A stretch of 64,000 nucleotides of DNA from Lama guanicoe (lineage: Eukaryota). Shown here piece by piece: positions 38,421-50,784 of the stretch. The DNA is taken from contig MU053416.1 in the NCBI GenBank assembly GCA_013239625.1, positions 191,496-255,495 of the forward strand, given 5' to 3'. The notes under the pieces were generated by a model that was given only the letters and a program-made list of their open reading frames with translations, made no database searches and had not been told where the DNA came from. Both the position numbers and the translations under genes were made by a program. How positions within the stretch are numbered: position 1 is the first letter of the stretch; the number at the start of each line of letters is the position of its first letter.

Positions 38421-40581
38421 GTATATTCTATTTTTGTTTTTAGTTTATAAGAATAAAATTTAGCCTTTTCCCATTTTAAATTGTGCAATTTTAAGGACCA
38501 TTAAGTGCATTTACAATGCTGTCAGACCGACACAACTGGTTTCAGACTATTTCCTTCCTCAAAGTAAAAGCTCGTATACAAAATGCACCCCACACCCTAC
38601 CTCCCCCAGCCCATGACAAGCCCTAATCCCCTTTCTCTCTCTATGTCTTTACCTATCCTGGAGGTTCCCTAAAAATGAAATCATATAAAAGGTGGCTTTT
38701 TTTTTTGTCTGCCCACATATCTTAAGTAGGGATAGGTGAATTTTTTGTTTCTTTGTTTTCACGTGAATGAGCATTTTTGTATTTTGAGAGGAAAATCCAC
38801 ATGGATTAAAGATGAGACATACCAAATGAAGCCCTTTTAGTAACTCTGTGCATAATCTCGGTGTAGGCACTGCTGTTCTAAGTGTGAAATCAGAGCCAGA
38901 AGGGAGATGCTTAGCTCTTCTTGTGGCAAAATAAAACCAAACAAAGGCAGAAAACAAAGACCAAGAAATACAGCTGGAAAAACAAACCACAGCCTGGAAA
39001 AAGCGTTCCTCATCACCCAAGGTCAGAGAAAAGCTTCACATTCTTGTGGTCCAAAAACCTGTTGAAGCCCAGTGTTCTGAAAAGAAACAAAACACACACA
39101 GGCAGTTCCAACGAGAGGCAGTGCAGGTGTCCAGTTTGTGCTAGAGATGCTCGACCTCTCAGGTGAGGAGACAGGCAGACGGACAGACTGCAGAGACAGC
39201 ATTGGCCACCATCACACTGGCAGGTCTTTAGCCCGATGACAACCAGCCCTGGTGACAACGTGAGGAGGCAGAGGCCCCAGGAGATCCCCTGGAGGGAAGA
39301 GCAAATGGACGCTCCTCTCCAGCAGAACAAGGTGCAGGATACATCAAAGTGCCACAGGCGCATCCCTTCCCTAGCAGTGCTGATCCTTAGAGCAGATCCC
39401 ACCAAAGTTCTTGCACAATTTTCAAAAATAATTTTTCTTCAGTACATGAATTCAAAATAATCAATATGTCATCAAGGGATTTTCAGAAATGACCTGCCCT
39501 GGGCCTCAACATAAACACACACATATACACATCAATATATACACACATAGACACATAAATATATACAAACATACATCCAGGAAAAGAGACAGACAGACTG
39601 AAACACAGAGAAGCAGGGGGAGACAGAGAAACAGAGAGAGACAAGATAGAGAGAGAGGCACTGAGAGACAGACAGAGAAAATAAACACTGGAGCTTGGAA
39701 TGAGTGGAACTCACGCACATTTTCACAAGTCAGTCTATATGACAGAACCTGGCCCCAAAGTCCATCCACTCTCCAGGGGAGGGTGTGGGGATCACACAAG
39801 GGATTGGGAACAGAAGGCAAAAAATAGGAAGCCATTGTGGGGCAGCCCACCACAGAGGACGAGATGGGACACTGAGCCTGTATGTCAACATGACAGAATG
39901 ACCTAGGATGTTGTACGCCAGAGCGGACGAAGTCAGAGTTGTATTTAATTTCAGTCTCACGTCTGGGAGCTGGGAAGCAAGTATCAAGGAAAGTGACTTT
40001 CTCCAGACCCCAGGGAAGACCCCAGCCTGTGTGGCATGTGCTCTGCACTCCGCCAGCCCTCTGTGGGGTCCTTCCTTTGCTGAGTCTGTGCACGAGCTCC
40101 CTGTGATGCCAGCCCATGGGGGTGAGAGATGCAGTAGGTGTTTCTAGGTCTAGAGACAGGATGGCTTCTCTAGGAAGCAGGTGCCAGAATGATTCCCACT
40201 GTGCCGATGGGGGATTGGGGAGACCCAGAGAGGCACGTGTCTTGTCCAGGGTGACAGCACTTCTGAGTGGGGGGTGCCAGGTCTGAACCCAGCTGTGTCT
40301 TCAGAGCTGCGGCGCTGGCTGCATCCAGGCCTCCCCACGGCTATGGGGGTGCTAAGTTGGTGTCACTGTGTGTGGACATGGCATGGAGTGAGAAATGAGA
40401 GATTGGCAGTCCAGAAAGGCCCTTGAGGAGCTTTGTGTCAGGAGGAAGCTTGGAAAAGCTGACCCCAGGAAGTGACCTCACTTCCCTGGCAATAGAGCCC
40501 AACAGAACTTAGAACCGAAGTCACCAGGTACCTACTCTGTAGAGAAGTCCCTACTCAGCTCACTTGGTTGGAGACAGAGGC

Positions 40582-40716
40582 ATGTTCTGCTGCATCCCAA
40601 TATCCCGAGGCCGCAGCCTCCGGAAAGCCTGCAGCGAGGGGCTGTACCAATGCTGCCGGCCCTGGGTCAGGTCTCACCCAAGGCGCCTCTGGTCTTTCGG
40701 CCAGAAAGACCCAAAG
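40582..40716 (+). pseudogene. Duplicate of the RalGDS-like first coding exon (orphan copy)
   Basis: ATG...AAG|gtaaca encoding MFCCIPISRGRSLRKACSEGLYQCCRPWVRSHPRRLWSFGQKDPK; the intron is cut 95 bp later by the duplication junction. Confidence 0.6.
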
Positions 40717-42668
40717 GTAACACAGGGAGGCCCAGGGAAGGCCCGCCCAGGCCGGGCCACCACTCAGATCCCACCCAGGTAGCCCCACGGCCCCGTCCTG
40801 GCTGGTGGAGGAGTAGGGATAGGTGAATTTTTTGTTTCTTTGTTTTCACGTGAATGAGCATTTTTGTATTTTGAGAGGAAAATCCACATGGATTAAAGAT
40901 GAGACATACCAAATGAAGCCCTTTTAGTAACTCTGTGCATAATCTCGGTGTAGGCACTGCTGTTCTAAGTGTGAAATCAGAGCCAGAAGGGAGATGCTTA
41001 GCTCTTCTTGTGGCAAAATAAAACCAAACAAAGGCAGAAAACAAAGACCAAGAAATACAGCTGGAAAAACAAACCACAGCCTGGAAAAAGCGTTCCTCAT
41101 CACCCAAGGTCAGAGAAAAGCTTCACATTCTTGTGGTCCAAAAACCTGTTGAAGCCCAGTGTTCTGAAAAGAAACAAAACACACACAGGCAGTTCCAACG
41201 AGAGGCAGTGCAGGTGTCCAGTTTGTGCTAGAGATGCTCGACCTCTCAGGTGAGGAGACAGGCAGACGGACAGACTGCAGAGACAGCATTGGCCACCATC
41301 ACACTGGCAGGTCTTTAGCCCGATGACAACCAGCCCTGGTGACAACGTGAGGAGGCAGAGGCCCCAGGAGATCCCCTGGAGGGAAGAGCAAATGGACGCT
41401 CCTCTCCAGCAGAACAAGGTGCAGGATACATCAAAGTGCCACAGGCGCATCCCTTCCCTAGCAGTGCTGATCCTTAGAGCAGATCCCACCAAAGTTCTTG
41501 CACAATTTTCAAAAATAATTTTTCTTCAGTACATGAATTCAAAATAATCAATATGTCATCAAGGGATTTTCAGAAATGACCTGCCCTGGGCCTCAACATA
41601 AACACACACATATACACATCAATATATACACACATAGACACATAAATATATACAAACATACATCCAGGAAAAGAGACAGACAGACTGAAACACAGAGAAG
41701 CAGGGGGAGACAGAGAAACAGAGAGAGACAAGATAGAGAGAGAGGCACTGAGAGACAGACAGAGAAAATAAACACTGGAGCTTGGAATGAGTGGAACTCA
41801 CGCACATTTTCACAAGTCAGTCTATATGACAGAACCTGGCCCCAAAGTCCATCCACTCTCCAGGGGAGGGTGTGGGGATCACACAAGGGATTGGGAACAG
41901 AAGGCAAAAAATAGGAAGCCATTGTGGGGCAGCCCACCACAGAGGACGAGATGGGACACTGAGCCTGTATGTCAACATGACAGAATGACCTAGGATGTTG
42001 TACGCCAGAGCGGACGAAGTCAGAGTTGTATTTAATTTCAGTCTCACGTCTGGGAGCTGGGAAGCAAGTATCAAGGAAAGTGACTTTCTCCAGACCCCAG
42101 GGAAGACCCCAGCCTGTGTGGCATGTGCTCTGCACTCCGCCAGCCCTCTGTGGGGTCCTTCCTTTGCTGAGTCTGTGCACGAGCTCCCTGTGATGCCAGC
42201 CCATGGGGGTGAGAGATGCAGTAGGTGTTTCTAGGTCTAGAGACAGGATGGCTTCTCTAGGAAGCAGGTGCCAGAATGATTCCCACTGTGCCGATGGGGG
42301 ATTGGGGAGACCCAGAGAGGCACGTGTCTTGTCCAGGGTGACAGCACTTCTGAGTGGGGGGTGCCAGGTCTGAACCCAGCTGTGTCTTCAGAGCTGCGGC
42401 GCTGGCTGCATCCAGGCCTCCCCACGGCTATGGGGGGGCTAAGTTGGTGTCACTGTGTGTGGACATGGCATGGAGTGAGAAATGAGAGATTGGCAGTCCA
42501 GAAAGGCCCTTGAGGAGCTTTGTGTCAGGAGGAAGCTTGGAAAAGCTGACCCCAGGAAGTGACCTCACTTCCCTGGCAATAGAGCCCAACAGAACTTAGA
42601 ACCGAAGTCACCAGGTACCTACTCTGTAGAGAAGTCCCTACTCAGCTCACTTGGTTGGAGACAGAGGC

Positions 42669-42803
42669 ATGTTCTGCTGCATCCCAATATCCCGAGGCCG
42701 CAGCCTCCGGAAAGCCTGCAGCGAGGGGCTGTACCAACGCTGCCGGCCCTGGGTCAGGTCTCACCCAAGGCGCCTCTGGTCTTTCGGCCAGAAAGACCCA
42801 AAG
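42669..42803 (+). pseudogene. First coding exon of a RalGDS-like (ral guanine nucleotide dissociation stimulator-like) family gene
   Basis: 135 nt, phase 0, strong donor AAG|gtaaca. MFCCIPISRGRSLRKACSEGLYQRCRPWVRSHPRRLWSFGQKDPK resembles, from memory, the MF(S)CC.P.SRG....RRLWPFG N-terminus of expanded laurasiatherian RalGDS-like genes. Confidence 0.65.
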
Positions 42804-43209
42804 GTAACACAGGGAGGCCCAGGGAAGGCCCGCCCAGGCCGGGCCACCACTCAGATCCCACCCAGGTAGCCCCACGGCCCCGTCCTGGCTGGTGGAGGTG
42901 GAGCAGTCATGTTGGGGATGGGTTTCTGCCTCAAGCAAGAGCAGGTCAGAGGCCTGGGAGGCTGGTCACATCCACAGCCCAGGTCAAAGCTGGCTGGCTG
43001 GGATGTGGAGAGCCAAGGCAGGGTCCTGCTGCCCGAGGCGGAGCCCATGCTCTCTGGGTATGTCTTTTCCCTCCCGGGTGTCTGAGCTGAAAAAGGTCCC
43101 AGTCTGATCTGGCAGCAGAGGGTCGAGTGGACAGAAGCAGGAGTGTTCCTGGCCGGTCAGGGCTCTGAGACTTCCAGGCCAGGTCAGCTGCTGGTCACTG
43201 TCATTGCAG

Positions 43210-43317
43210 AGCCAGATACCACATATTGAACAGAAGCTGATGAATAAGAACACCAGCGCCCCCTCACCAACTTAAGGGCTGATGTGCCACTCTTCTGAGG
43301 GCCAGTGCAGGCTCCAG
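43210..43317 (+). pseudogene. Second coding exon of the RalGDS-like gene, with in-frame stop
   Basis: ttgcag|AGC...CTCCAG|gtgggt, 108 nt, phase 0/0. SQIPHIEQKLMNKNTSAPSPT*GLMCHSSEGQCRLQ weakly matches RalGDS SSTQEIGEELINGVIYSISLRKVQLHHGGNKGQRWLG; TAA at 43273-43275. Confidence 0.55.
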
Positions 43318-43597
43318 GTGGGTCTGGATATGGAGGGGTCCCCACCACCATGGCCCAGAAATCAGTGGGGCAGGTCTCCGAGCCAGACATCATCCAGGGC
43401 TCTCTGCAGGGACCTGCCCAGTGCTGACGGGCAGCTCAGCATACCCGGCTCTGACTTGGAGCACTGTGCCCACAACGCTAGAAGTCAGGTGGAGCCCCAG
43501 GAGCCCCCGAAGTTGAGCCTGAAGGTCAGAAAGGCAGGGCTGGTGCATGTGTGTAGGTGAGGGAGGGGGGAGGGCCGGGCCACACAGGGAGGTGTCC

Positions 43598-44232
43598 NNN
43601 NNNNNNNNNNNNNNNNNNNNNNNNNNNNNNNNNNNNNNNNNNNNNNNNNNNNNNNNNNNNNNNNNNNNNNNNNNNNNNNNNNNNNNNNNNNNNNNNNNNN
43701 NNNNNNNNNNNNNNNNNNNNNNNNNNNNNNNNNNNNNNNNNNNNNNNNNNNNNNNNNNNNNNNNNNNNNNNNNNNNNNNNNNNNNNNNNNNNNNNNNNNN
43801 NNNNNNNNNNNNNNNNNNNNNNNNNNNNNNNNNNNNNNNNNNNNNNNNNNNNNNNNNNNNNNNNNNNNNNNNNNNNNNNNNNNNNNNNNNNNNNNNNNNN
43901 NNNNNNNNNNNNNNNNNNNNNNNNNNNNNNNNNNNNNNNNNNNNNNNNNNNNNNNNNNNNNNNNNNNNNNNNNNNNNNNNNNNNNNNNNNNNNNNNNNNN
44001 NNNNNNNNNNNNNNNNNNNNNNNNNNNNNNNNNNNNNNNNNNNNNNNNNNNNNNNNNNNNNNNNNNNNNNNNNNNNNNNNNNNNNNNNNNNNNNNNNNNN
44101 NNNNNNNNNNNNNNNNNNNNNNNNNNNNNNNNNNNNNNNNNNNNNNNNNNNNNNNNNNNNNNNNNNNNNNNNNNNNNNNNNNNNNNNNNNNNNNNNNNNN
44201 NNNNNNNNNNNNNNNNNNNNNNNNNNNNNNNN
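43598..44232. other. Assembly gap (N run)
   Basis: 635 N bases. Confidence 1.
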
Positions 44233-44394
44233 GGGCAAAGCCTGCACCCACCCACACCTTCTTCTCCAAAATGTTCTCCAGATTCCCACCATCAGATCCC
44301 TCCCCCTCCCCCTCCCAAACTTGACGTCCCTTCCGCTGGAGATGTTTTTGTTTGGTTTTCTTTAGTTTCCTTTGTTTGTTTCACATCATTTATG

Positions 44395-45420
44395 GCATTC
44401 TTTGTTTTTCTTTTTAAAAATTCATTAATAAAATATAGACATTTCCCCTTTTAAATTGTGCAGTTCAGGAGCATTATGGGCATTCACAATATTGTGCGAC
44501 CATCACTACCATGTAGTTTCACACAATTTCTTTTCTCAAAGTGAAACCATGGATCCAGAGTGCACACTCCCCTCCTTCCTCACCCAGCCCCTGACAACCC
44601 CACGTCCTCTTTCTCTCTGCATGTCTTTACCTCTCCTGGGAGGTCCCTTTCAATGCAACTTTGAAAAAGATGTTTTTTTTTGTCCCTGCCCACATGCTTA
44701 AGCTGGGGCTAGTGATTTTTTTGTTTGTTTTCACTTGAAACAGCATTTTTATAATTTTAAGTGGATATCCAGGGGGATTAAAGATGTGATGTACAAAATG
44801 AAGCCCTTTTAGTAACTCTGTGCATAATCTCAGTGTAGACACTGCTGTTCCCCCTGTGACACCACAGCCAGAAGACAGAAGGGAGATGCTTAGCTCTTCC
44901 TGTGGCAAAAACAAAATGAAACAAATCAAAAAAATTAGCAAAAGCCCAGAAAAACTGCTTGAAAGTGAAACCACAACCTGGAAAAAGCATTCGTCATAAC
45001 CCAAGGTTGGAGAAAGGTTTCCCATCCCTGTAGTCCTAAAACCTTTTGAAACCCTGTGTTCTAAACAGAAAGAGAACAGACATGGGCAGTTCCAATGAGA
45101 GGCAATGCAGGTGGCCAGTGTGTGTTAGAGATGCTTGACCTCTCAGGTGAGAACACAGGCAGACGGAAACACTGCAGAGACAGCACTGGTCACCATCACA
45201 CTGGTGGATCTTTATTCAGGTGACAACCAGACCTGGTGACAATGTAAGCAGGCAGAGGCTCACAGATCCCCTGGAGGGAAGAGTGAAGGGACGCTCCTCT
45301 TCAGGAGAACTGGGTTTAGGACGCATCAAAGGGCCACAGATGCATCTCTTCCCCAGAAATTCTGATCCTTACAGTTCATCCAAATAAAATCCTTACACTC
45401 CTATTCAAAGATGCCTTTTC
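44395..45420 (+). repeat. Diverged paralog of 38425-39430
   Basis: Colinear blocks shared, e.g. aaatgaagcccttttagtaactctgtgcataatctc, agaagggagatgcttagctctt, gacctctcaggtgag, gatccc(c)tggagggaagag. Confidence 0.9.
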
Positions 45421-47619
45421 AAGGGTGTTCATCACAGCACTGGTTGAAACAGTCGGAATTAAAGCAACACTAATGTTGATGGATAGGGGATGGAGTCCAT
45501 TCGTTCTGGTTCATGTGGATGAGTGAATGCTGTGCAGTTGGAAAAGTGGGTGCCTGGTCTCAACCCAATGTCAAGGGAGGCCTCAGGGTGGAAGTATGCA
45601 GACCCACTGTCTGCACCCAGGGTCCCATCTGCACGACCACATGTGTGTGAAATCAATATAGATGGAAATTGATATGACTGTGTGTGTGTGAGAGACAGAG
45701 ATGGAGAGAGACATACTGAAAGACACAGAGACTGAGACATAAGCACCATATCATTCATGACAGTCACCTTTGTGGGTGGGATTTATAAATCTTTTCTCTT
45801 TTAGGTAATATTTCAATTTTTTGTAATGTGTCTCTATTACTCTACTAATTCTAAAAGGATTAAAATCCTATGTTAATGTGACCCATTCATTACTCATCTA
45901 TGGAGTAATTAAAGTACATTAATCCTATTTTTAAAAGAATTTAAAGCCTTCTCAGGATTCAGTTCCATGTCAGCACCGTGGCAGCAGAGGTTCTCCAGGA
46001 GGTCGTGTCTCTTCTGAAGCAGCATCCAATAGAGGTGAGGAAGAAGTACCAGACTTGGACACTGAAGACTACAATAGATGAGAGAGTGTGTTGAGAGAAA
46101 TTAAGACCTACATTCACAGAAAATAATCCCATATTCATGGAGCAGAAGGCTTCATTCTACTAAGATGACAATAGTCCACGAATAGATCTAAGGATTCAAA
46201 GAATGTCTAGCCAAATCCCAGTTGGTGTTTTGCAGGAATTGACAATCAATCTAAAATTCACGTGGAAAATCCAGGGGCTCAGTATACATGAGTGAATCTT
46301 GAAAAAGAAGAACAAAGTTCGAAGAATGGAAAGTCAGATGAAACCCACGGTTAATACAAAAGCACTTTAAGCTGAAGGTACATGAGGTTCAACAGGTGTA
46401 GAAGAAAACCTGTCATGGAAGCCAATTCTCTCCTCTCCCTTTGCCCTATTAAGTTAGGTTGATAAAAAAAAGCCTTTAACTTTCACCATTTAACATGGAC
46501 GTTACTTTTCTGGCTGGCTCCTGTGTGTGTATAAATAAACCGTTTCTCTCATTCATCTCCTCTTTAATTCTGTGGGCTCTTTGGGAGGGAATCTGATGAT
46601 GGGGATCTGCTCTTTTCTCACCTTCTTTAGTGACATCTTTTGTCCATGGTGAAGTGCTTAAAACAAAGAAAAGGCTCATTGGTTTCGGGTCAGATTTGGA
46701 ACATGTATACGTTTGGAGACCCCCTGGAGGAACAAAGGGGTTCAATAATGCTGGGAGAATTTACTAGTTGTCTTGTCCAAATGCCTAACAATACGCTATT
46801 TGCAAGGTTTTTTTTTTTTTTAAAGATTCTTACCCTAAAACAAATACCCTATCTAAACCTCTTTGATGATCAAATAGAAAGAAAAAAGAGAATCATGTCT
46901 GGCCTAAGAACACTTCCTTACCAAAACGGAAGGACAGAACCAGATTCAGAGCAAAAATTAAAATCCATTTATACCCTCAACTCTCCCACTCTTTTGTGCA
47001 CTGTCCTCATGTAACCTGCCAGATGGCGCCCTGGAGAAGGCCCTTTGCCCGGAACTCGTGCTCATTTTCAGAGCTCAGCTAAGCGGGAGGTTGGTCCCCA
47101 GGGCCTGACAGGGGCTATTTGTGAAATATTCTCTGCTGAGACCCAACAGACTGAAGGGTACTGTGTGCTCTGAGGGAGAGAGAGCACACCGAGCCTCTGT
47201 GAAGGCATCTCTGAGATCCTCCCAAAGGCACACAGCTCTAATTCTGGACATGGGAAATTTTGCTTGGCATCATAGTTGGAAATCTCCTGGATAGAAAGAA
47301 GCAGATTCAAGATGTTGCAATTGGATGGGCAGGTCGGCCTCTCGAATTTGCCGATGAGGAGAACATGCAATTCTCTGCAGAAGTAGGAACACCCAACCCT
47401 GCTCTGCTGATTTCATCTACAGAGAAACAGAGACATGGCTCTAGGGGGAAGTCAACTCCCACCAACACTTCTTACCAACGTCAACGTCCCCACTTTATTC
47501 TCCTGTCAGGTCTCTGCACAAAAACTGTGGCTCAGCCCCAAATATCACATACCCATCACCCTGAACCACTCTGTGTCTGTGTCCAGCTCCAGCATTAAGG
47601 CCTGTGACCATTACTGTCA

Positions 47620-48270
47620 AATCGTGTCCCCCTTTCAGCCCGTCTCCCACCATCATCCCATCCCAACCTTGGTGTCTCTCTCCAGGTCAACAGCACTCTT
47701 CCCACTGGCTTCCCATCAGCTTCCCTTGCCCTGCTTCCATTGCTTATTCCCCATATATTACCCACAAAGGTCTTATTAAAGTATGAATCAGATCAAGTTG
47801 TTCCACTTTGCAAAATAGTCTCGTGATTTTCCAATGTATTCATAAGGCTATCCAGAGTCCCTACCAAGGCCCTGTGTGATCTGGGCCCTCACCCGTCTCT
47901 GCAGCCTCAGTTCTCACCGTTCTGCTCCAGACTATCTTCACCGCCCAGATGGTCCCCACCAGGACAGCTGTGTTTGTAACTCCAAGTCTCGCACTTACAC
48001 TTCTCCCGGCCTGGGGGGCTTTTCTTGTCTGTTACCTACGTGGCTTATTCTTTTGCTTCATTCAGGACTTTGTTCAAATTATTTTACCCTCAGAGAGGGC
48101 TTATCTGACCATATTATTTAAAATAGCATGCACATAGTTCCTATTCAATCATTTTCTCTCCTAATATGTTTTATGTTTCTTTGTGGCAATTATTAGTACC
48201 TGGCAGTACATAATATATTTATTTGCTTACTTGCTTATTGTCTATATTTCTTACTAGACCTATATTCATG
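47620..48270 (+). mobile_element. L2 LINE fragment
   Basis: L2-like text such as aaggccctgtgtgatctgggccctcacc and tatttatttgcttacttgcttattgtct. Confidence 0.5.
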
Positions 48271-48529
48271 GAACCACAAATAACTGTTTTAAACAGTAAA
48301 TTTCAAACCACCTTTAAATGAATTCTTTTATAATATCAGAATTTCAGAGGCTTCCACGGGTTGCTTAGGGGAAAAAAGAGAAAGGATTCAGGTTGAACTA
48401 GGTTATTAAGGACGTGGGAGTTGGTTATTTATTTTATACATAGTAGTGTGAATCTGTTAACCCCAAACTCCTAATCTAGCAAAAGACCGAGCTGATTACT
48501 ATTTTTAACAGACTTTTTTTTCTTTTTAA

Positions 48530-48668
48530 ACTTGGGTTGTTTGAGATTTCTTTTCTTCTTTATTCTTTTTCTTTTTTTTAAAGAATTTTTCTTATTAAAT
48601 TTTTACATTGAGGTAGTGCAAATTGAACCCAGCACTTACTCTACACCTTGAATTATACCATACCCTCC
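48530..48668 (-). mobile_element. Degenerate tRNA-derived SINE
   Basis: T-rich tail, then attgaacccagcac...ctctacaccttgaattataccataccctcc. Confidence 0.45.
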
Positions 48669-50784
48669 AAAGACAATTATTTTTATACTTTGACAATGCC
48701 ATATTGAATTAAGATGTTTTGTTCCATTTTCCCTTCATAGAGTTTATAATTGAGGGAGAGAGTCAAAGGAAACCCTGGGCCATCCCTTCCTTCTCAGCGG
48801 GGTACTACACAGCAGAGGAGCTAGGCTGTCACCAGGCCCAGCTCACCTTTCTGCTCTGAGGGCCGACTCAGGCCACTTCTCTAAAGAGTGGCATGGTAGA
48901 AGCAGCGGAAAGTCAACTAGCGGGCAACAATGACAAAACTGACCCACCTGCAGTTGGACATCATCTGCTCTGAAATGAAACTCTTAAACCTCTTCTTCCT
49001 ATTAGTGGATGGTTTTCAAAAATATTCCCAAGGAGATGAATCTCACTTTATTTTTCTGGATTTCTTGGGCCTTCTATGACTTTAAGTGCAGGCTTGATTG
49101 CACAACGTCAGCAGAGAAGCCAGGCAGAACACGTGAACAGACCCTGCAGGCCACGGCTGAGGCCTCCGGTCAAAGCATCCTTGTTGTGCAGAGCCTACGT
49201 TCATGGGGCCATTTTCATGACTGCTGTAATTAGTTCTCGTCCAAGTGTCCCATCGAAAATGTTTCTAGATAGAAGGTGGCCTGATGCAGATGAGCAGTGG
49301 GAATGTGGGATGCAGATGGCAGGCAGACTGCAAGGAGAGACGGGAAATGTTTCCTTAGGCTTCAGTTTGGAAGATTTCTGATCTTTCTATGAACATTAAA
49401 CTGGGTGACGCTGAAGCGCTGTTTGCTCTAAGACGGGGTGATGTACACTTATCCCTACAACTTCTTAAAAATATGTTGAACCTGGACGTGACGGCCTAGG
49501 AGACAGACAGCTTAGAGTGACACCTATGTTCCAGGATGCCTATGATCTAGGGCTCACAAAGTGGAAAAGAATACACATATTTTGCCTGTGTAGTTCTATG
49601 TGAAATTATTTTGACCCTTGCCGCATGGTGTAAGATCAGAGATCAGGTAGTGTTTCTTACATTGCAAAGACAACAATTCTTGATGAGTCAGTGGACTGTT
49701 TCTGATGGCCTGGGTTCTGTGCCAGACATTAGCTGTCTAGATAAATACCACACAGCCCCCAATCACTCAAGGAGATCACAGTGTGTCATGGAAGGTACAA
49801 ATTTAAATAGGCTCTCAAAACAATGTGGTAAGACTCACTTGGCTTCATGTATACTGTATGTTCATAGGGGCTCTTGCATTGCCTGGGGCAGGGTTCTAGA
49901 AGATAGGGAAGGTGTCAGAGAGGAAATGCTTTCTGCACTGACATTTGAAGGATTCCAGCAAATCTCTAGACCAGGAGAGTGCGTGGTAGGCCGGGATTCT
50001 CGGCAGCTTGCGTGTCTCGTCGAGAGGTCTGGTCGTGTCTAAGAGCACTTTGCACTTAAGGAAGGAAGGTCAGTGAGGCTAGAGGCTGTAAGGAACTAAC
50101 GGAAGCTGAGGCTGAAGAAAAGCAACAACTAGGTGATGAGAAGGTGTAACGTTAAATCAGGGCACGTGGACTTTCTCACATTCGCAGTGGGGAATTCTTT
50201 GGGCTTTTATGGAGGAGATTGACACAGATTAGTCATTAAAAGTGAACAAAGTGGAATCTTCACTCTAAAGAACAGCACTGGGGAAACTAGCAAGGGGTGG
50301 GAATTAATGCAGTGGGGAGCGAGTAGCAGGGACTTAGTTGGGGGACATTAAGGAATAGAATTGTATTACTGATGGGGTGAAGGAGTGGAAAGGAAAAGGA
50401 AATCTCCCAGATGTATGGCACGGAAAACATATGGGATAGTGATGCCATTGTTTGAAGTAAACCTAGTTCTGAGCGAGTGTAATTCCAAACATACAGAGCT
50501 TGAGATTTTTATGGGCTAATCAAATGGGAATGTCTACTTGTCAATTATAAGTATATTTCTGGGACTGAACTGAGATGTCCGTGCTGGAAAAGATTTGACA
50601 GTTAATCAGTGGACAGAGAGCAGTTGAAGCCACGGGGATCAATGCCACCCACTGACAGTTTACCAAAGAAAAGGGAAGGAGGGCACTGTGGTTCAGAAAA
50701 ATATGGCAGATCAGAAACTTGAAGACCCACTCACTGAAGACACATAAAAATGTAGGACACAATGCCACCAATCTTTTCTTGTTT

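Larger units (their letters stand above)
38725..42898 (+). repeat. Head-to-tail tandem duplication, unit 2087 bp
   Basis: 38725-40811 matches 40812-42898; the ORF track repeats with offset 2087. Only two differences noticed by eye (40350 T/42437 G; 40651 T/42738 C). Confidence 0.97.

Noticed and set aside
39506..40117. 203-aa minus-strand ORF (repeated at 41593-42204)
   Set aside because: The C-terminal part is translated GA/CA microsatellite; it recurs only because of the tandem duplication.
43390..44365. Long ORFs of 250-300 aa
   Set aside because: Artefacts of reading through the N gap.
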